From NCBI GenBank assembly GCA_964035545.1, contig CAXIUT010000183.1, positions 558,001-622,000 of the forward strand: a stretch of 64,000 nt of DNA. The letters run 5' to 3'. The notes beneath the pieces were generated by a model that saw only the letters and a program-made list of their open reading frames with translations, was not told where the DNA came from and did no database searches. Shown piece by piece: positions 31,331 through 48,332 of this stretch. Each line of letters starts with the position of its first letter. Positions within the stretch are counted from its first letter, which is position 1. This DNA comes from Bugula neritina (lineage: Eukaryota; Animalia; Bryozoa). Both the position numbers and the translations under genes were made by a program.

Positions 31331-32263
31331 ACATATTGAAAAATACTGCAACATACTACAACATACTGAAATACACTGTAACATACTGAAATACATTGCA
31401 AAATGCTACAACATACTGAAATACACTGTAACACATTGAAATATACTACAACATACCTAAATATCCGGTAATATACTGAAATATACTGTAACACATTGAA
31501 AAATACTGCAACATACTGAAATACACTGCAACCCACTGAAATACATCGCAAAATACTACAACATACTGAAATACACTGTAACATATTGAAATACACTGCA
31601 ACATACTGAAATACATTGCAAAATACTGCAACATATTGAAATACACTGCAGCATCCTACAACATGCTGAAATACACTGTAACATATTGAAATACACTGCA
31701 ACACATTGAAATATACTGCAACATACCGCAATATATGGTAAACTACTGAAATATACTGTAACACATTGAAAAATACTGCATCATACTGAAATATACTGCG
31801 ACATAATGCAATATTCTGTAACATACTGAGATATGCTGTAGCACACTGAAATACACTACAACTCACTGAAACATACTGCAACATACTGAAATACACTGTA
31901 ACATCCTACAACATACTGAAATACACAGTAACATATTGAAATACACTGCAACACATTGAAATATACTGCAACATACCTAAATATACGGTAATATACTGAA
32001 AAATACTGTAACGCATTGAAAAATACTGCAAGATACTGAAATATACTGTGACACATGGCAATATACTGTAACATACTGAAATATTCTCAAGCACACTGAA
32101 ACACACTGCACCTCACTGAAACATACTGCAACATACTGAAATACACTGCAACATCCTACAACATACTGAAATACACTGCAACATATTGAAAGACACTGCA
32201 AGACAATGAAATATACTGCAACATACTGAAATATACCGTAACACACTGAAATATACTGCAACA

Positions 32264-35200
32264 TACTGAAATACACTGCTACATACTGAAATATACTGCA
32301 ACATACTGCAACATACTGAAATACACTGTAACATACTGAAATACACTGCAACAAACTACAACATATTGAAATACACTGCAACACATTGAAATATACTGCA
32401 ACATACCTAAATATACGGTAATATAGCGGAAAAAAACTGTAACAGATTGACAAATTCTGCAACATACTGAAATATACTGCGACACATTGCAATATACTGT
32501 AACATACTGAAATATGCTCTAGCACACTGAAATACACTGCAACCCACTGAAATATACTGCAACATACGGAAATACACTGCAACACATTGAAATACACTGC
32601 AACATACCAAAATAAATGGTAAACTACTGAAATATACTTTAACACATTGAAAAATACTGCAACATACTGAAATATACTGTAACACACTGAAACATACTGC
32701 AACATACTGAAATACACTGTAACATATTGAAATACACTGCAACAAACTACAACATATTGAAATACACTGCAACGCATTGAAAGACACTGCAACACATTGA
32801 AATATACTGCAATATACCAATATATATGGTAAACTGCTGAAATATACTTTAACACAATGAAAAATACTGCAACATACTGAAATATACTGTAACACACTGA
32901 AATATACTGCAACATACTGCAACAATCTGAAATACACTGTAACATACTGAAATACACTGCAACAAACTACAACATATTGAAATACACTGCAACACATTGA
33001 AATATACTGCAACATACCTAAATATACGGTAATATACCGAAAAAAAAACTGTAACAGATTGAAAAATTCTGCAACATACTGAAATAAACTGCAACACACT
33101 GAAATACACCGCAAAATACTACAACATACTGAAATACACTGTAACATATTGAAATACACTGCAACGCTTTGAAATATACTGCAACATACCGAAATATATG
33201 TTAAACTACTAAAATATACTGTAACACTTTGAAAAACAGTGCAACATACTGAAATATACTGCGACACTTTGCAATGTACTGTAACATACTGAAATATGCT
33301 GTAGCACACTGAAATACACTGCAACTCACTGAAATATACTGCAACATATTGAAATACACTGCAACATCCTACAACATGCTAAAATACACGGTAACATATT
33401 GAAATACAGTACAACACGTTGAAATATACTGCAACATACCGGAATATATGGTAAAGTACTGAAATATACTGTAACACACTGAAAAATACTGCAACATACT
33501 GAAATATACTGCGACACATTGCAATATACTGCAACATACCAAAATATATGGTAAACTACTGAAATATACTTTAACACATTGAAAAATACTGCAACATACT
33601 GAAATATACTGTAACACACTGAAATATACTGCAACATACTGAAATACACTGTAACATACTGAAATAAACTGCAACATACCAAAATATATGGTAAACTACT
33701 GAAATATACTTTAACACATTGAAAAATCCTGCAACATACTAAAATATACTGTAACACACTGCAAGATACTGCAACATACTGAAATACACTGAAACATACT
33801 GAAATAAACTGCAACATACCAAAATATATGGTAAACTACTGAAATATACTGTAACACACTGAAAATTACTGCAACATACTGAAATATACTGTAACACACT
33901 GAAATATACTGCAACAAACTGAAATACACTGTAACATATTGAAATAAACTGCAACATACCAAAATATATGGTAAACTACTGAAATATACTTTAACACATT
34001 GAAATATAATGCAACATACCTAAATATACGGTAATATACTGAAATATACTGTAACACATTGAAAAATACTGCAAGATACTGAAATATACTGTGACACATT
34101 GCAATATACTGTAACATACTGAAATATGCTCAAGCACACTGAAACACACTGCACCTCACTGAAACATACTGCAACATACTGAAATACACTGCAACATCCT
34201 ACAACATACTCAAATACACTGCAACATATTGAAAGACACTGCAAGACAATGAAATATACTGCAACATACTGAAATATACTGTAACACACTGAAATATACT
34301 GCAACATACTGAAATACACTGCTACATACTGAAATATACTGCAACATACTGCAACATACTGAAATACACTGTAACATACTGAAATACACTGCAACAAACT
34401 ACAACATATTGAAATACACTGCAACACATTGCAATATACTGCAACATACCTAAATATACGGTAATATAGCGGAAAAAAACTGTAACAGATTGACAAATCC
34501 TGCAACATACTGAAATATACTGCGACGCATTGCAGTATACTGTAACATACTGAAATATGCTCTAGCACACTGAAATACACTGCAACCCACTGAAATATAC
34601 TGCAACATACGGAAATACACTGCAACACATTGAAATACACTGCAACATACCAAAATAAATTATAAACTACTGAAATATACTTTAACACATTGAAAAATAC
34701 TGCAACATACTGAAATATACTATAACACACTGAAATATACTGCAACATACTGAAATACACTGTAACATATTGAAATACACTGCAACAAACTACAACATAT
34801 TGAAATACACTGCAACGCATTGAAAGACACTGCAACACATTGAAATATACTGCAATATACCAATATATATGGTAAACTGCTGAAATATACTTTAACACAT
34901 TGAAAAATACTGCAACATACTGAAATATACTGTAACACACTGAAATATACTGCAACATACTGCAACAATCTGAAATACACTGTAACATACTGAAATACAC
35001 TGCAACAAACTACAACATATTGAAATACACTGCAACACATTGAAATATACTGCAACATACCTAAATATACAGTAATATACCGAAAAAAAACTGTAACAGA
35101 TTGAAAAATTCTGCAACATACTGAAATAAACTGCAACACACTGAAATACACCGCAAAATACTACAACATACTGAAATACACTGTAACATATTGAAATACA

Positions 35201-38200
35201 CTGCAACACTTTGAAATATACTGCAACATACCGAAATATATGTTAAACTACTAAAATATACTGTAACACTTTGAAAAACAGTGCAACATACTGAAATATA
35301 CTGCGACACTTTGCAATGTACTGTAACATACTGAAATATGCTGTAGCACACTGAAATACACTGCAACTCACTGAAATATACTGCAACATATTGAAATACA
35401 CTGCAACATCCTACAACATGCTAAAATACACGGTAACATATTGAAATACAGTACAACACGTTGAAATATACTGCAACATACCGGAATATATGGTAAAGTA
35501 CTGAAATATACTGTAACACACTGAAAAATACTGCAACATACTGAAATATACTGCGACACATTGCAATATACTGCAACATACCAAAATATATGGTAAACTA
35601 CTGAAATATACTTTAACACATTGAAAAATACTGCAACATACTGAAATATACTGTAACACACTGAAATATACTGCAACATACTGAAATACACTGTAACATA
35701 CTGAAATAAACTGCAACATACCAAAATATATGGTAAACTACTGAAATATACTTTAACACATTGAAAAATCCTGCAACATACTAAAATATACTGTAACACA
35801 CTGCAAGATACTGCAACATACCGAAATACACTGTAACATAGTGAAACACACTGCAACATACTGCATTATACTGACATACACTGGAACATATTGAAATACA
35901 CTGCAACATCCTACAACATGCTGAAATACGCTGTAACATATTGAAATACACTGCAACACATTGAAAAATACTGCAACATACCGAAATATATGGTAAACTA
36001 TTGAATTATACTGTAACACATTGAAAAATACTGGAACACACTGAAATATACTCTGACACAATGCAAAATACTATAACATACTGAAATATGCTGTAGCACA
36101 CTGAAATACACTGCAACTCACTGAAATATACTGCAACATACTGAAAAACACTGTAACATATTGAGACATACTGCAACATACTGCAACATACTGAAATACA
36201 CTGTAACATACTGAAATGCATTGCAAAATACTGCAACATATTGAAATACACTGCAACACATTGAAATATACTGCAACATACCTAAATATCCGGTAATATA
36301 CTGAAATATACTGTAACACATTGAAAAATACTGCAACATACTGAAATACACTGCAACCCACTGAAATACATCGCAAAAGACTACAACATACTGAAATACA
36401 CTGTAACATATTGAAATACACTGCAACACATTGAAATATACTGCAACCTATAGAAATATATGGTAAACTACTGAAATATACTGTAACGCATTGAAAAATA
36501 CTGCAACATACTGAAATATACTGTAACAAACTGAAATATACTGCAACATACTGAAATACACTGTAACATACTGAAATAAACTGCAACATACTGAAGTACA
36601 CTGCAACATCCTACAACATACTGAAATACAATGTAACATATTGAAACACACTGCAACACATTGAAATATACTGCAATGTACCGAATTATATGGTGGACTA
36701 CTGAAATATACTGTAACACATTGAAAAATACTGCAAGATACTGAAATATACTGCGACACATTGCAATATACTGTAACATACTGAAATATGCTACAGCACA
36801 CTGAAATACACTGCAACTCACTGAAATATACTGCAACATATTGAAATACACTGCAACATTCTACAACATGCTGAAACACACAGTAACGTATTGAAATACA
36901 CTGCAACACATTGAAATATACAGCAACATACCGAAATATATGGTAAACTACTGAAATAGACTGTAACACATTGCAAAAGACTGCAACATACTGAAATAAA
37001 CTGCGACACATTGCAATATACTGTAACATACTGAAATATGCTCTAGCACACTGAAATACACTGCAACTCACTGAAATATACTGCAACATACTGAAATACA
37101 CTGCAACACATTGAAATATACTGCAAAATACAGAAATAGGTGGTAAACTACTGAAATGTACTGTAACACATTGAAAAATACTGCAACATAATGAAATATA
37201 CTGCGACACATTGTAATATACTGTAACATACTGAAACATACTGCAGCACACTGAAATAGACTGCAGCTCACTGAAATATACTGCATTATACTGAAATTCA
37301 CTGCAGCATCCTACAACATGCTGAAATACACTGTAACATAATGAAATACACTGCAACAAACTACAACATATTGAAATACACTGCAACGCATTGAAAGACA
37401 CTGCAACACATTGAAATATACTGCAATATACTAATATATATGGTAAACTGCTGAAATATACTTTAACACATTGAAAAATACTGCAACATACTGAAATATA
37501 CTGTAACACACTGAAATATACTGCAACATACTGAAATAAACTGCTAGATACTGAAATATACTGCAACATACTGCAACAATCTGAAATACACTGTAACATA
37601 CTGAAATACACTGCAACAAACTACAACATATTGAAATACACTGCAACACATTGAAATATACCGCAACATACCTAAATATACGGTAATATACCGAAAAAAA
37701 AACTGTAACAGATTGAAAAATTCTGCAACATACTGAAATAAACTGCAACACACTGAAATACACCGCAAAATACTACAACATACTGAAATACACTGTAACA
37801 TATTGAAATACACTGCAACACTTTGAAATATACTGCAACATACCGAAATATATGTTAAACTACTAAAATATACTGTAACACTTTGAAAAACAGTGCAACA
37901 TACTGAAATATACTGCGACATTTTGCAATGTACTGTAACATACTGAAATATGCTGTAGCACACTGAAATACACTGCAACTCACTGAAATATACTGCAACA
38001 TATTGAAATACACTGCAACATCCTACAACATGCTAAAATACACTGTAACATATTGAAATACAGTACAACACATTGAAATATACTGCAACATACCGGAATA
38101 TATGGTAAAGTACTGAAAAATACTGTAACACACTGAAAAATACTGCAACATACTGAAATATACTGCGACACATTGCAATATACTGCAACATACCAAAATA

Positions 38201-41200
38201 TATGGTAAACTACTGAAATATACTTTAACACATTGAAAAATACTGCAACATACTGAAATATACTGTAACACACTGAAATATACTGCAACATACTGAAATA
38301 CACTGTAACATACTGAAATAAACTGCAACATACCAAAATATATGGTAAACTACTGAAATATACTGTAACACATTGAAAAATACTGCATCATACTGAAATA
38401 TACTGCGACATAATGCAATATTCTGTAACATACTGAGATATGCTGTAGCACACTGAAATACACTACAACTCACTGAAACATACTGCAACATACTGAAATA
38501 CACTGTAACATCCTACAACATACTGAAATACACAGTAACATATTGAAATACACTGCAACACATTGAAATATACTGCAACATACCTAAATATACGGTAATA
38601 TACTGAAATATACTGTAACACATTGAAAAATACTGCAAGATACTGAAATATACTGTGACACATTGCAATATACTGCAACATACTGAAATTTGCTACAGCA
38701 CACTGAAATACACTGCAACTCACTGAAATATACTGCAACATATTGAAATACACTGCAACATTCTACAAGATGCTGAAACACACTGTAACGTATTGAAATA
38801 CACTGCAACACATTGAAATATACTGCAACATACCTAAATATACGGTAATATACCGAAAAAAAAACTGTGACACTTTGAAAAACAGTGCAACATACTGAAA
38901 TATACTGCGACACTTTGCAATGTACTGTAACATACTGAAATATGCTGTAGCACACTGAAATACACTGCAACTCACTGAAATATACTGCAACATATTGAAA
39001 TACACTGCAACATCCTACAACATGCTAAAATACACTGTAACATATTGAAATACAGTACAACACATTGAAATATACTGCAACATACCGGAATATATGGTAA
39101 AGTACTGAAATATACTGTAACACACTGAAAAATACTTCAACATACTGAAATATACTGCGACACATTGCAATATACTGCAACATACCAAAATATATGGTAA
39201 ACTATTGAAATACACTGCAACACATTGAAATATACTGCAACATACCTAAATATCCGGTAATATACTGAAATATACTGTAACACATTGCAAAAGACTGCAA
39301 CATACTGAAATATACTGCGACACATTGCAATATACTGTAACATACTGAAATATGCTCTAGCACACTGAAATACACTGCAACTCACTGAAATATACTGCAA
39401 CATACTGAAATACACTGCAACACATTGAAATATACTGCAACCTACAGAAATAGGTGGTAAACTACTGAAATATACTGTAACACATTGAAAAATACTGCAA
39501 CATACTGAAATATACTGCGACACATTGTAATATACTGTAACATACTGAAACATACTGCAGCACACTGAAATAGACTGCAGCTCACTTAAATATACTGCAT
39601 TATACTGAAATTCACTGCAGCATCCTACAACATGCTGAAATACACTGTAACATATTGAAATACACTGCAACAAACTACAACATATTGAAATACACTGCAA
39701 CGCATTGAAAGACACTGCAACACATTGAAATATACTGCAATATACCAATATATATGGTAAACTGCTGAAATATACTTTAACACATTGAAAAATACTGCAA
39801 CATACTGAAATATACTGTAACACACTGAAATATACTGCAACGTACTGAAATACACTGCTACATACTGAAATATACTGCAACATACTGCAACATACTGAAA
39901 TACACTGTAACATACTGAAATACACTGCAACAAACTACAACATATTGAAATACACTGCAACACATTGAAATATACTGCAACATACCTAAATATACGGTAA
40001 TATAGCGGAAAAAAACTGTAACAGATTGACAAATTCTGCAACATACTGAAATATACTGCGACACATTGCAATATACTGTAACATACTGAAATATGCTCTA
40101 GCACACTGAAATACACTGCAACCCACTGAAATATACTGCAACATACGGAAATACACTGCAACACATTGAAATACACTGCAACATACCAAAATAAATGGTA
40201 AACTACTGAAATATACTTTAACACATTGAAAAATACTGCAACATACTGAAATATACTGTAACACACTGAAACATACTGCAACATACTGAAATACACTGTA
40301 ACATATTGAAATACACTGCAACAAACTACAACATATTGAAATACACTGCAACGCATTGAAAGACACTGCAACACATTGAAATATACTGCAATATACCAAT
40401 ATATATGGTAAACTGCTGAAATATACTTTAACACAATGAAAAATACTGCAACATACTGAAATATACTGTAACACACTGAAATATACTGCAACATACTGCA
40501 ACAATCTGAAATACACTGTAACATACTGAAATACACTGCAACAAACTACAACATATTGAAATACACTGCAACACATTGAAATATACTGCAACATACCTAA
40601 ATATACGGTAATATACCGAAAAAAAAACTGTAACAGATTGAAAAATTCTGCAACATACTGAAATAAACTGCAACACACTGAAATACACCGCAAAATACTA
40701 CAACATACTGAAATACACTGTAACATATTGAAATACACTGCAACGCTTTGAAATATACTGCAACATACCGAAATATATGTTAAACTACTAAAATATACTG
40801 TAACACTTTGAAAAACAGTGCAACATACTGAAATATACTGCGACACTTTGCAATGTACTGTAACATACTGAAATATGCTGTAGCACACTGAAATACACTG
40901 CAACTCACTGAAATATACTGCAACATATTGAAATACACTGCAACATCCTACAACATGCTAAAATACACGGTAACATATTGAAATACAGTACAACACGTTG
41001 AAATATACTGCAACATACCGGAATATATGGTAAAGTACTGAAATATACTGTAACACACTGAAAAATACTGCAACATACTGAAATATACTGCGACACATTG
41101 CAATATACTGCAACATACCAAAATATATGGTAAACTACTGAAATATACTTTAACACATTGAAAAATACTGCAACATACTGAAATATACTGTAACACACTG

Positions 41201-44200
41201 AAATATACTGCAACATACTGAAATACACTGTAACATACTGAAATAAACTGCAACATACCAAAATATATGGTAAACTACTGAAATATACTTTAACACATTG
41301 AAAAATCCTGCAACATACTAAAATATACTGTAACACACTGCAAGATACTGCAACATACTGAAATACACTGAAACATACTGAAATAAACTGCAACATACCA
41401 AAATATATGGTAAACTACTGAAATATACTGTAACACACTGAAAATTACTGCAACATACTGAAATATACTGTAACACACTGAAATATACTGCAACAAACTG
41501 AAATACACTGTAACATATTGAAATAAACTGCAACATACCAAAATATATGGTAAACTACTGAAATATACTTTAACACATTGAAATATAATGCAACATACCT
41601 AAATATACGGTAATATACTGAAATATACTGTAACACATTGAAAAATACTGCAAGATACTGAAATATACTGTGACACATTGCAATATACTGTAACATACTG
41701 AAATATGCTCAAGCACACTGAAACACACTGCACCTCACTGAAACATACTGCAACATACTGAAATACACTGCAACATCCTACAACATACTCAAATACACTG
41801 CAACATATTGAAAGACACTGCAAGACAATGAAATATACTGCAACATACTGAAATATACTGTAACACACTGAAATATACTGCAACATACTGAAATACACTG
41901 CTACATACTGAAATATACTGCAACATACTGCAACATACTGAAATACACTGTAACATACTGAAATACACTGCAACAAACTACAACATATTGAAATACACTG
42001 CAACACATTGCAATATACTGCAACATACCTAAATATACGGTAATATAGCGGAAAAAAACTGTAACAGATTGACAAATCCTGCAACATACTGAAATATACT
42101 GCGACGCATTGCAGTATACTGTAACATACTGAAATATGCTCTAGCACACTGAAATACACTGCAACCCACTGAAATATACTGCAACATACGGAAATACACT
42201 GCAACACATTGAAATACACTGCAACATACCAAAATAAATTATAAACTACTGAAATATACTTTAACACATTGAAAAATACTGCAACATACTGAAATATACT
42301 ATAACACACTGAAATATACTGCAACATACTGAAATACACTGTAACATATTGAAATACACTGCAACAAACTACAACATATTGAAATACACTGCAACGCATT
42401 GAAAGACACTGCAACACATTGAAATATACTGCAATATACCAATATATATGGTAAACTGCTGAAATATACTTTAACACATTGAAAAATACTGCAACATACT
42501 GAAATATACTGTAACACACTGAAATATACTGCAACATACTGCAACAATCTGAAATACACTGTAACATACTGAAATACACTGCAACAAACTACAACATATT
42601 GAAATACACTGCAACACATTGAAATATACTGCAACATACCTAAATATACAGTAATATACCGAAAAAAAACTGTAACAGATTGAAAAATTCTGCAACATAC
42701 TGAAATAAACTGCAACACACTGAAATACACCGCAAAATACTACAACATACTGAAATACACTGTAACATATTGAAATACACTGCAACACTTTGAAATATAC
42801 TGCAACATACCGAAATATATGTTAAACTACTAAAATATACTGTAACACTTTGAAAAACAGTGCAACATACTGAAATATACTGCGACACTTTGCAATGTAC
42901 TGTAACATACTGAAATATGCTGTAGCACACTGAAATACACTGCAACTCACTGAAATATACTGCAACATATTGAAATACACTGCAACATCCTACAACATGC
43001 TAAAATACACGGTAACATATTGAAATACAGTACAACACGTTGAAATATACTGCAACATACCGGAATATATGGTAAAGTACTGAAATATACTGTAACACAC
43101 TGAAAAATACTGCAACATACTGAAATATACTGCGACACATTGCAATATACTGCAACATACCAAAATATATGGTAAACTACTGAAATATACTTTAACACAT
43201 TGAAAAATACTGCAACATACTGAAATATACTGTAACACACTGAAATATACTGCAACATACTGAAATACACTGTAACATACTGAAATAAACTGCAACATAC
43301 CAAAATATATGGTAAACTACTGAAATATACTTTAACACATTGAAAAATCCTGCAACATACTAAAATATACTGTAACACACTGCAAGATACTGCAACATAC
43401 CGAAATACACTGTAACATAGTGAAACACACTGCAACATACTGCATTATACTGACATACACTGGAACATATTGAAATACACTGCAACATCCTACAACATGC
43501 TGAAATACGCTGTAACATATTGAAATACACTGCAACACATTGAAAAATACTGCAACATACCGAAATATATGGTAAACTATTGAATTATACTGTAACACAT
43601 TGAAAAATACTGGAACACACTGAAATATACTCTGACACAATGCAAAATACTATAACATACTGAAATATGCTGTAGCACACTGAAATACACTGCAACTCAC
43701 TGAAATATACTGCAACATACTGAAAAACACTGTAACATATTGAGACATACTGCAACATACTGCAACATACTGAAATACACTGTAACATACTGAAATGCAT
43801 TGCAAAATACTGCAACATATTGAAATACGCTGCAACACATTGAAATATACTGCAACATACCTAAATATCCGGTAATATACTGAAATATACTGTAACACAT
43901 TGAAAAATACTGCAACATACTGAAATACACTGCAACCCACTGAAATACATCGCAAAAGACTACAACATACTGAAATACACTGTAACATATTGAAATACAC
44001 TGCAACACATTGAAATATACTGCAACCTATAGAAATATATGGTAAACTACTGAAATATACTGTAACGCATTGAAAAATACTGCAACATACTGAAATATAC
44101 TGTAACAAACTGAAATATACTGCAACATACTGAAATACACTGTAACATACTGAAATAAACTGCAACATACTGAAGTACACTGCAACATCCTACAACATAC

Positions 44201-47200
44201 TGAAATACAATGTAACATATTGAAACACACTGCAACACATTGAAATATACTGCAATGTACCGAATTATATGGTGGACTACTGAAATATACTGTAACACAT
44301 TGAAAAATACTGCAAGATACTGAAATATACTGCGACACATTGCAATATACTGTAACATACTGAAATATGCTACAGCACACTGAAATACACTGCAACTCAC
44401 TGAAATATACTGCAACATATTGAAATACACTGCAACATTCTACAACATGCTGAAACACACAGTAACGTATTGAAATACACTGCAACACATTGAAATATAC
44501 AGCAACATACCGAAATATATGGTAAACTACTGAAATAGACTGTAACACATTGCAAAAGACTGCAACATACTGAAATAAACTGCGACACATTGCAATATAC
44601 TGTAACATACTGAAATATGCTCTAGCCCACTGAAATACACTGCAACTCACTGAAATATACTGCAACATACTGAAATACACTGCAACACATTGAAATATAC
44701 TGCAACCTACAGAAATAGGTGGTAAACTACTGAAATGTACTGTAACACATTGAAAAATACTGCAACATAATGAAATATACTGCGACACATTGTAATATAC
44801 TGTAACATACTGAAACATACTGCAGCACACTGAAATAGACTGCAGCTCACTGAAATATACTGCATTATACTGAAATTCACTGCAGCATCCTACAACATGC
44901 TGAAATACACTGTAACATAATGAAATACACTGCAACAAACTACAACATATTGAAATACACTGCAACGCATTGAAAGACACTGCAACACATTGAAATATAC
45001 TGCAATATACTAATATATATGGTAAACTGCTGAAATATACTTTAACACATTGAAAAATACTGCAACATACTGAAATATACTGTAACACACTGAAATATAC
45101 TGCAACATACTGAAATACACTGCTAGATACTGAAATATACTGCAACATACTGCAACAATCTGAAATACACTGTAACATACTGAAATACACTGCAACAAAC
45201 TACAACATATTGAAATACACTGCAACACATTGAAATATACCGCAACATACCTAAATATACGGTAATATACCGAAAAAAAAACTGTAACAGATTGAAAAAT
45301 TCTGCAACATACTGAAATAAACTGCAACACACTGAAATACACCGCAAAATACTACAACATACTGAAATACACTGTAACATATTGAAATACACTGCAACAC
45401 TTTGAAATATACTGCAACATACCGAAATATATGTTAAACTACTAAAATATACTGTAACACTTTGAAAAACAGTGCAACATACTGAAATATACTGCGACAT
45501 TTTGCAATGTACTGTAACATACTGAAATATGCTGTAGCACACTGAAATACACTGCAACTCACTGAAATATACTGCAACATATTGAAATACACTGCAACAT
45601 CCTACAACATGCTAAAATACACTGTAACATATTGAAATACAGTACAACACATTGAAATATACTGCAACATACCGGAATATATGGTAAAGTACTGAAAAAT
45701 ACTGTAACACACTGAAAAATACTGCAACATACTGAAATATACTGCGACACATTGCAATATACTGCAACATACCAAAATATATGGTAAACTACTGAAATAT
45801 ACTTTAACACATTGAAAAATACTGCAACATACTGAAATATACTGTAACACACTGAAATATACTGCAACATACTGAAATACACTGTAACATACTGAAATAA
45901 ACTGCAACATACCAAAATATATGGTAAACTACTGAAATATACTGTAACACATTGAAAAATACTGCATCATACTGAAATATACTGCGACATAATGCAATAT
46001 TCTGTAACATACTGAGATATGCTGTAGCACACTGAAATACACTACAACTCACTGAAACATACTGCAACATACTGAAATACACTGTAACATCCTACAACAT
46101 ACTGAAATACACAGTAACATATTGAAATACACTGCAACACATTGAAATATACTGCAACATACCTAAATATACGGTAATATACTGAAATATACTGTAACAC
46201 ATTGAAAAATACTGCAAGATACTGAAATATACTGTGACACATTGCAATATACTGCAACATACTGAAATATGCTACAGCACACTGAAATACACTGCAACTC
46301 ACTGAAATATACTGCAACATAATGAAATACACTGCAACATTCTACAAGATGCTGAAACACACTGTAACGTATTGAAATACACTGCAACACATTGAAATAT
46401 ACTGCAACATACCTAAATATACGGTAATATACCGAAAAAAAAACTGTGACACTTTGAAAAACAGTGCAACATACTGAAATATACTGCGACACTTTGCAAT
46501 GTACTGTAACATACTGAAATATGCTGTAGCACACTGAAATACACTGCAACTCACTGAAATATACTGCAACATATTGAAATACACTGCAACATCCTACAAC
46601 ATGCTAAAATACACTGTAACATATTGAAATACAGTACAACACATTGAAATATACTGCAACATACCGGAATATATGGTAAAGTACTGAAATATACTGTAAC
46701 ACACTGAAAAATACTGCAACATACTGAAATATACTGCGACACATTGCAATATACTGCAACATACCAAAATATATGGTAAACTATTGAAATACACTGCAAC
46801 ACATTGAAATATACTGCAACATACCTAAATATCCGGTAATATACTGAAATATACTGTAACACATTGCAAAAGACTGCAACATACTGAAATGTACTGCGAC
46901 ACATTGCAATATACTGTAACATACTGAAATATGCTCTAGCACACTGAAATACACTGCAACTCACTGAAATATACTGCAACATACTGAAATACACTGCAAC
47001 ACATTGAAATATACTGCAACCTACAGAAATAGGTGGTAAACTACTGAAATATACTGTAACACATTGAAAAATACTGCAACATACTGAAATATACTGCGAC
47101 ACATTGTAATATACTGTAACATACTGAAACATACTGCAGCACACTGAAATAGACTGCAGCTCACTTAAATATACTGCATTATACTGAAATTCACTGCAGC

Positions 47201-47439
47201 ATCCTACAACATGCTGAAATACACTGTAACATATTGAAATACACTGCAACAAACTACAACATATTGAAATACACTGCAACGCATTGAAAGACACTGCAAC
47301 ACATTGAAATATACTGCAATATACCAATATATATGGTAAACTGCTGAAATATACTTTAACACATTGAAAAATACTGCAACATACTGAAATATACTGTAAC
47401 ACATTGAAATATACTGCAACGTACTGAAATACACTGCTA
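32264..47439. repeat. Near-perfect head-to-tail 7579-bp tandem duplication (copy 1 ~32264-39842, copy 2 ~39843-47439)
   Basis: Constant offset of 7579 for ORF pairs from 32279/39858 to 39015/46594, with no indels between copies. About 10 substitutions seen by eye. The six register shifts within the unit sum to +9, matching 7579 mod 10. Confidence 0.95.
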
Positions 47440-48332
47440 GATACTGAAATATACTGCAACATACTACAACAATCTGAAATACACTGTAACATACTGAAAT
47501 ACACTGCAACAAACTACAACATATTGAAATACACTGCAACACATTGAAATATACTGCAGCATACCTAAATATACGGTAATATAAGGAAAAAAAACGGTGA
47601 CAGATTGAAAAATTCCGCAACATACTGAAATAAACTGCAACACACTGAAATACACCGCAAAATACTACAACATACTGAAATACACTGTAACATATTGAAA
47701 TACACTGCAACACTTTGAAATATACTGCAACATACCGAAATATATGGTAAACTACTAAAATATACTGTAACACTTTGAAAAACAGTGCAACATACTGAAA
47801 TATACTGCGACACTTTGCAATGTACTGTAACATACTGAAATATGCTGTAGCACACTGAAATACACTGCAACTCACTGAAATATACTGCAACATATTGAAA
47901 TACACTGCAACATCCTACAACATGCTAAAATACACTGTAACATATTGAAATACAGTACAACACATTGAAATATACTGCAACATACCGGAATATATGGTAA
48001 AGTACTGAAACATACTGTAACACACTGAAAAATACTGCAACATACTGAAATATACTGCGACACATTGCAATATACTGCAACATACCAAAATATATGGTAA
48101 ACTATTGAAATACACTGCAACACATTGAAATATACTGCAACATACCTAAATATCCGGTAATATACTGAAATATACTGTAACACATTGAAAAATACTGCAA
48201 CATACTGAAATACACTGCAACCCACTGAAATACATCGCAAAAAACTACAACATACTGAAATATACTGTAACACACTGAAATATACTGCAACATACTGAAA
48301 TACACTGAAACATACTGAAATAAACTGCAACA

